A stretch of DNA of 54,132 bases from Catajapyx aquilonaris. Its lineage: Eukaryota. The position numbers were made by a program, and so were the translations under genes. The stretch spans positions 1-54,132 of the forward strand of contig JYFJ02002611.1 in assembly GCA_000934665.2 (NCBI GenBank), read 5' to 3'. Position 1 is the stretch's first letter; each line of letters starts with the position of its first letter. The notes under the pieces are model-generated. The model did no database searches, was not told where the DNA came from, and was given only the letters and a program-made list of their open reading frames with translations. Positions 48,074 through 54,132 of the stretch are shown here, one piece after another.

Positions 48074-49782
48074 ATGGATTCAAGTGGATTGCTCTGTTGC
48101 ATTTTCCTCTTCCTAACCTCTATTTCTGCAGACAGTAAGTTATGTAAAGTAATGATCATCTTTCAGTCTTTGAGGATGTTGACCATCTTGGCTGTTCGTC
48201 AGTCACTTTCTTTGAACAAATATTTATCGTGCCTGATGTCCTAAAATCACAACCTTCAGCTACTAAATGTCCCCATAATTGGATCTCTCCTCCGGACGAG
48301 CCTTACTGCTATCTGCTTCAGGATGAAGCACTGACATGGCATGAGGCACGTGAATCATGCCAAAATCATAAAGCAGACCTTCTGGTTATCAACTCGGAGA
48401 AAGAATTGGTGAGGAGACCCTGTGGTGTTCAGTATGCTTGTATCCTACATGATCATATACTAAACATGTCTTAAATTCAGGAGTGGATATCTTCAAAAAT
48501 TATTCGTACAATCGCTGGTATTGAGGTTGTAGGAAGGTGGTGGATTGGATTGAGAGCAATTGCGAAATCTTCCAACGACGGAACCTACCAGTTGAAGTGG
48601 GTGGATGGCAATGATTATAACACGGACTCATCACTGCTGTACGCAAGTACACGTGAACTTTCTGTAAAAATTTCTGCAACCCTATTCTATTCCAGAACCT
48701 GGGACATTGACCATCTAAACACAATAATCTACAGCGAAGACTGCGTGTTATCTCATAGAGGAAAATACCACAGGCTTATTGACCACGGTTGTACGGAATT
48801 GTTCCCATTTATATGCGAGAAAGGTACTGTAGAGTTGCAGTTAATTATTTCTCTTGGAAAACTGCGGTGAATTCAAATTATTCAGTCTAGGTATAATGTG
48901 TTCCAGAGAATTTCAGCGGAACCAATAGGAGTTGTCCAGACTTTTGGCGTCCTAGACGCGGTTCTTCAAGCTGCTACTTGTTGTCTTCGATATATTATCG
49001 CCAGTCATGGTACATGGCGAATGCAACTTGCAACGCAGTGGACGCATACTTAATTTCCATCAATTCACCTGCAGAAATGGTATTGTTTGACTGGCAATTT
49101 GGATTAGGCGAAACTATGTGCACCAAGTCTGCTCTCGTTTACAGAAATGGGTGAAAGATATTACGAAATCCGGCATAAGAGATAACTTTTACTGGATTGG
49201 TCTGTCAGACATTGACCGGGATGGAGTCTGGGAGTGGACAGATGGACGCACTGTTCCAACTAACTCCATATCACTGCAAGTACAATCCATTACTAATGAA
49301 CAGTATGAATAATCTGTCAATACAAAATTCCTCTACTGTAGAAAATGGTCTGAAGGCCATCCTCAAAGAAGGCGAGGGTATATTACAGCTTTGCGTTCTT
49401 GACCAGATTTAATGGAGCTGGACTGACTGTGACAGTCGCACCAAAATACATGTCGTATTCATCGGTGTGTAAAAGGCGTGGAAGTAAGTTGTTGGTTTAC
49501 GTTCTCTAAGCCCCAGGACTTCAATAAATTACTCCACTTTATTTGTCAGTTGAGTACGTGATCACCTGTAAGGCTCCTCCGTTGTCTGAGAACCAAGAAG
49601 TAAGATGCTACAAACCGGGTGGGACAGAAGTGCAATGCAGTGATGTACTGCACGTGGAGGGCACAATGGCCATGTACCAGTGCAAGCCTCCTTACCAGAG
49701 CACCACTGGCTTCCCTTATGCATACTCCATGTGTGAGCCCAATCAGAAATGGCCTGCAATTCCAGGCTTCCAGTGTCGATGA
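48074..49782 (+). pseudogene. Lectin B4, single 2-bp frameshift in exon 7
   Basis: All eight exons present; GGG-TA-TAT-TAC at ~49377-49386 (B5: GGG TAT TAC) shifts frame to TGA at 49400-49402, removing the end of CTLD2 and the C-terminal module. Confidence 0.72.
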
Positions 49783-50274
49783 CTGCTGCAACCTGGATAG
49801 AAATCTACCTGATATGACAGGGAATCGTAATACGTATACTCACTCTGTCAGCAGCAGTATTAATTCTTTAAAAATGTACAGTGTAGGTAGGATAAAATGT
49901 AAAAAATGCTGCTTGTTGCCTATTTTCTTGTATTTCGAGTTCTTCGTTTTACAGGCACGACAACTTTGGTATTCTATGGATTCATCTAAATTTTATGCTT
50001 ACACCATTGTGATAGCAATCAGAAATGGCCTGCTATTCCAGGCTTCCAATGCCGACCACTACTTCAAACTGGAAAGAATTCGACTCGAAATGACAGAAAT
50101 ATTCTATCCCCCTATATTAGAAATATTTATTGTATTAATGTGTGAGTGCTACAACTAGATTGCAATAAATTATTCAGGTTCGGTTTTGGCTACTTTCCTG
50201 GATTTATATTTTGTTATTTCCGCTTTTACGTGACATGAGTAGTGGTGAAATCTACGCTGGCAACAGTACAAAAA

Positions 50275-52036
50275 TTATGTCCCCAGATGGGAATATTCGA
50301 TTGGAAGGACACACTGGAAGGCAGGGATTGGAGGCCAGTTCTGATCCTGGTCGCAGACTGAATAGGCCAGAGGAAGGCCAGTGGTGCTCTGATATGGTTC
50401 CCTGCACCTGTACACGGCCGTGGTACCCTCCGAGTGCCGCACATCGTGGCACTGCACCTCCCTTCCACTCGGGGCATGGCAACTCATCTCCATCTCTTCC
50501 ATCGGAGGAGGAGGAGGGGCCTCACAGGCTATCCTGTAAGGAACTGGAGACAAGTGCACGTTGGTGAAGACTTCATTGTAAACCACTACATCATCAACAC
50601 ACCTCTTGCTATTTCACACACGGAATACCCTCCAGCGAAATGTGGTAAGGTGGTAAGAGCATGAATCGTTGATACGTACAGCGCAAAGCGTAAAAGAGCG
50701 TCTTCGTGTACAGTCGGGACACCTCCGTGCCAGGCTCTGTAACGGAAATCATTAGTGTAGCCAATAACCGTGTATTGTGATGAACTGGCAGTTTGTTACA
50801 ATATGCTCGAGTCGTGACTGGTTCCATCAGTCCATTTCCACTCTTCTGTTGTGTTGTTTGGGAAGAGGCCGATCCAAAAAATTGAAGTGCTGTAAAAATA
50901 TGCCACAGCCTCTATTAGCCACTCCTGAAAGTGAATGTATGGCCATTGCTAGCGAGTGCAGAATGTGATCAACAGTAACATTAGTAACAGGAGTGTATAA
51001 AATGCCACAGTGTCTTGTCAGAGCTTTGAAAATCCCTGCCGTCTATCCATTTCCAGGTGTATCCTCCAACACCAGGTGATGTCTCTTCGTACACTGCTCT
51101 CAGTCCTATGAACCAGCCCACTTCACTACCCAGGAGGGTGGGGTACAACTTTGAAGCTATCCAATCCTGCTCAGTGGATTGAGTTATTATTATTCTGTAC
51201 TATTGTAATCATTTCTGTGAAGTAAGAGACTGTTACCCATTCCTTATTAGAGTTCACCACCAGCAGATCACCGCCATTCTCTTGGCCACGAGTCGCGAGA
51301 TCCCTGCCAAGTATAGAACTCTACCTGGAGCAAGTAGCAAGAGGTTTCGACTGGAGGGGATATCCAGTCTGTAGGACATCGTGCAGCCAAGGCACCTACA
51401 AACAATATATTGTGCTCATGAACATACGGCACTGCCGTACTGGTAGTAAAACTTTCTGTGCAAAACAACAGTGAACGCATTTTCTTCATACACGTGAACA
51501 ACACTGAACTTTCACAGGTAGATGTCATTGATTCTCTGTCATTATACAGACAGGGAGCATATACTACATAAGAGGCGCAAACATTCGATTTCCGCGTCTC
51601 TCTGTTTGGGTCGTTGCCAAGGCTGGCGGCCATTTTGAAGTGTGGGTAACGCCAACGAGGTATAAATAGGGTACAGGCAAAAATAGGGTCTGCCATCTTT
51701 GATTCGCGCGTGTTCTTGCCTTTCTTGCCATATAGTTGCCATGTCCGTCACAATAATCAAAGATGGCGGACTCTATTTTTGCCTGTACCCTATTTATACT
51801 TCGTTGGCGTTACCCACACTTCAAAATGGCCGCTATCCTTGGCAACGGCTCCAAACAGAGAGACGCGGCCAAAGGCGCCAAAGGCGCCGACAGAAGTTTG
51901 CGCCTCTTATGTAGTATATGCTCCCTGATATAGATCTTAAAGAGATATTGTTGACTGATGTCCAAATGAGGATGACAGCAGACAAAGTGAGTTTGATCTT
52001 ACCATGCGCCAGAAGGATGAGTGTAAAGTAGTACAT
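50275..52036 (-). pseudogene. Lectin A5, internally deleted
   Basis: Exons 4-5 missing (breakpoint ~51015); 1-bp insertion in exon 2 gives RDSWPREWR* (stop 51270-51268); MITE in intron 1. Confidence 0.83.
51551..51927. mobile_element. Foldback MITE with CAG...CTG ends (P/hAT-like) in A5 intron 1
   Basis: 32-bp perfect TIR CAGGGAGCATATACTACATAAGAGGCGCAAAC plus long internal inverted arms; flanks ATACAGA / ATATAGA; absent from the paralogous intron at ~44715. Confidence 0.85.
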
Positions 52037-52229
52037 AGGATGCTTCTAGTAACGAGCATTAGCCCAGAATGATTGCATGTCATCGTGTATTGTTATCTGA
52101 TATGCAGGATGTGTGGCAAGAAATCGCGTACTGTGTGGACCACTAACAGTGGAAAAGTTATTTTTAAGGAAGCCACAGCCTACGTGTTACTGGTCTCATA
52201 ATCTCTCGCAAATGTAACTTGAGTTTACC

Positions 52230-53950
52230 ATGGCTTCATCTGGATTGTACCACTGCATTTTGCTCATCATTTTCTCAATTTCTTCAGACAGTAAGTTGTG
52301 TAAAATAACTTGTCTTTCAATTACTTGTTGAGTTCCGCACACCTCTCCTTTCACACTTATTCATATGACATGATGCCTGCTGTACTAATCTTGCAATCGT
52401 CAGCTGCAAGATGTCCCCAGAATTGGATATCTCCTCCGAACGAGCCTTACTGCTATCAGTTCGAGGAACGAAGACTAACATGGCAGGAAGCACGTGAATC
52501 GTGCCAAATGCAAGGAGGAGATCTTCTGGTTGTCAACTCGGAGAAAGAATTGGTAAGGGAGATCACCTGTGGTGTTTCTCCTGCATGTAGACTACTGTAT
52601 ATGCTCACATACTAATCATCTTCTAAACGCAGGAGTGGATATCTACAACAATCAGTCGCAATGTCCAACGAATAATAAGGTATTCAACATGGTGGTGGGT
52701 TGGGCTAAGAGCAACTTGGAGAGCAAGCGAAGAATCCTCCACCTATGGCTACTTCCAATGGAAATGGGTGGATGGCACTGATTATAACACCTACTCATCA
52801 CTGCAAGTACACTACAAGTGAACCTTCAGCAACACCTTTTAAAAATCCAAACCTATATTATTCCAGACCATGGCTCAGTGGTTATCCACGCAGAGGAATC
52901 TACAGCGAAGACTGCGTGGTGTCTCGTAGCACATCAATCATCCTACTTATTGATCAAGATTGTGAGAGGATGTTTAATTTTGTTTGCGAGACAAGTACAG
53001 AGTAACTTCATTTGTTTTACAAAACTAGGGTGAGATCAAATAAATCAGGTGCAGGTAATGTATTTCAGAGAAAGAAACCACAAGCAGACGTGGATGTCCA
53101 AACTTCTGGATTTCGAGACATGGTTCTTCAAGCTGCTACTGGTTTGATTCGCTGACGAGTAGGTCATAGTATGGAGCTAACGAATTTTGCAAGGAAAATG
53201 GCGGATATTTAATATCAATCGATTCACCTGCAGAGAAGGTATTTTCCCACTGCTCATAGAATGTAGGCGAAACTAGGTGTACGAAATCTGCTTGTTTCCA
53301 GGCATGGTTGGAAGATGTTACGAAATCCCCAACAGGGAGAAACTACTGGATTGGTCTGTCAGACTTTGACAGGGATGGAATCTGGTACTGGGCCGATGGT
53401 CGCATTGTTCCAACTAACTCTACATTCCTGCAAGTAACTTAATTATAATTATAGCAATCCATCTGAACATGAATAATTTTTATTTTCTAATCTCCCTGAC
53501 TGTATAGAATATGGCCTGAAAAATATCCTCGCAGAAAGCAAGGGTATTACAACTTTGCATGCTGGAACTACATTGATGATTATGATGATGATGAAACTGG
53601 TCTGATTAGCGAATCGGCATACGTAACTCATGGATCGATCTGTGAAACGCGTGGAGGTAAGTTGTTGATTTGCTTTCTGTAAAACTCGGGCCTTTAATAA
53701 TTCCTATTTTTGGTCAGTTGAGTACGTGGTGACCTGTAAGGCTCCTCCGTTGTCTGAGAACCAAGAGGTGAGATGCTACAAACCGAGTGGGACAGAAGTG
53801 CAATGCAATGACGTGCTGCACGTGGAGGGCACCATAGCCATGTACCAGTGCAAGCCTCCCTACCAGAGCACCACTGGCTTCCCTTATGCTTACTCCATCT
53901 GTGAGCCCAATCAGAACTGGCCTGGAATTCCAGGTTTCCAGTGCCGATGA
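52230..53950 (+). pseudogene. Lectin B5, complete except for one TAG at a conserved Trp codon
   Basis: All eight exons and splice sites are intact and in frame; TCA TAG at 53164-53169 where B1, B2 and B4 read SW. Confidence 0.65.
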
Positions 53951-54132
53951 CTGCTTCAACCTGGAAATAAATCGACCCGAAATGACAGAAACGTGCTATG
54001 TCCCCCACATTAGAAATATTTATTGTTACAATGTATGAGTGCTACAACTAGAATGCTATAAATTCTGGTTCTGTTTTGGCTACTTTCCTGGATTTATATT
54101 TTGTTATTTCCCCTTTTACATGACATGAGGAG

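Noticed and set aside
50018..50100. Extra copy of the B-type terminal codons (NQKWPAIPGFQC)
   Set aside because: Short local duplication of a B 3' end without a splice acceptor or the rest of the exon; a rearrangement scar, not a gene.
32865..53950. Dscam-like mutually exclusive exon cluster or somatic rearrangement locus
   Set aside because: Each unit has its own start exon and stop, units alternate in strand, and no recombination-signal-like motifs were seen; these are separate genes.

Overview
Eukaryotic (invertebrate, probably arthropod) genomic DNA with compact spliced genes; most introns are 50-100 nt, so the ORF track shows exon fragments only. Three zones. (1) 1-17.7 kb: four tandem, apparently intact 9-exon CYP2-clan cytochrome P450 genes (+), then a decayed ankyrin-repeat array and remnants of further P450 copies; this zone carries MITEs, a tRNA-derived SINE and a Helitron-like element. 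(2) 17.9-31.8 kb: a tightly packed block in alternating orientation: PAGR1/PA1 (+), ANKRA2/RFXANK-like (-), FAN1 (+), G-protein beta-5 (-), basigin (+). (3) 32.9-54.1 kb: an array of ten genes/pseudogenes for secreted proteins built as signal peptide + two C-type lectin domains (CTLDs) + a six-cysteine Sushi/'Wonton'-like C-terminal module. They form two subfamilies (A on -, B on +), mostly in head-to-head A/B pairs with only 180-270 bp between start codons. Their lectin loops are hypervariable, the C-terminal module is nearly invariant, and the array shows mosaicism and gene birth-and-death. This paired lectin array is the most interesting system in the window. All gene models were spliced by hand from GT/GC-AG sites and paralog comparison; no database searches were run.
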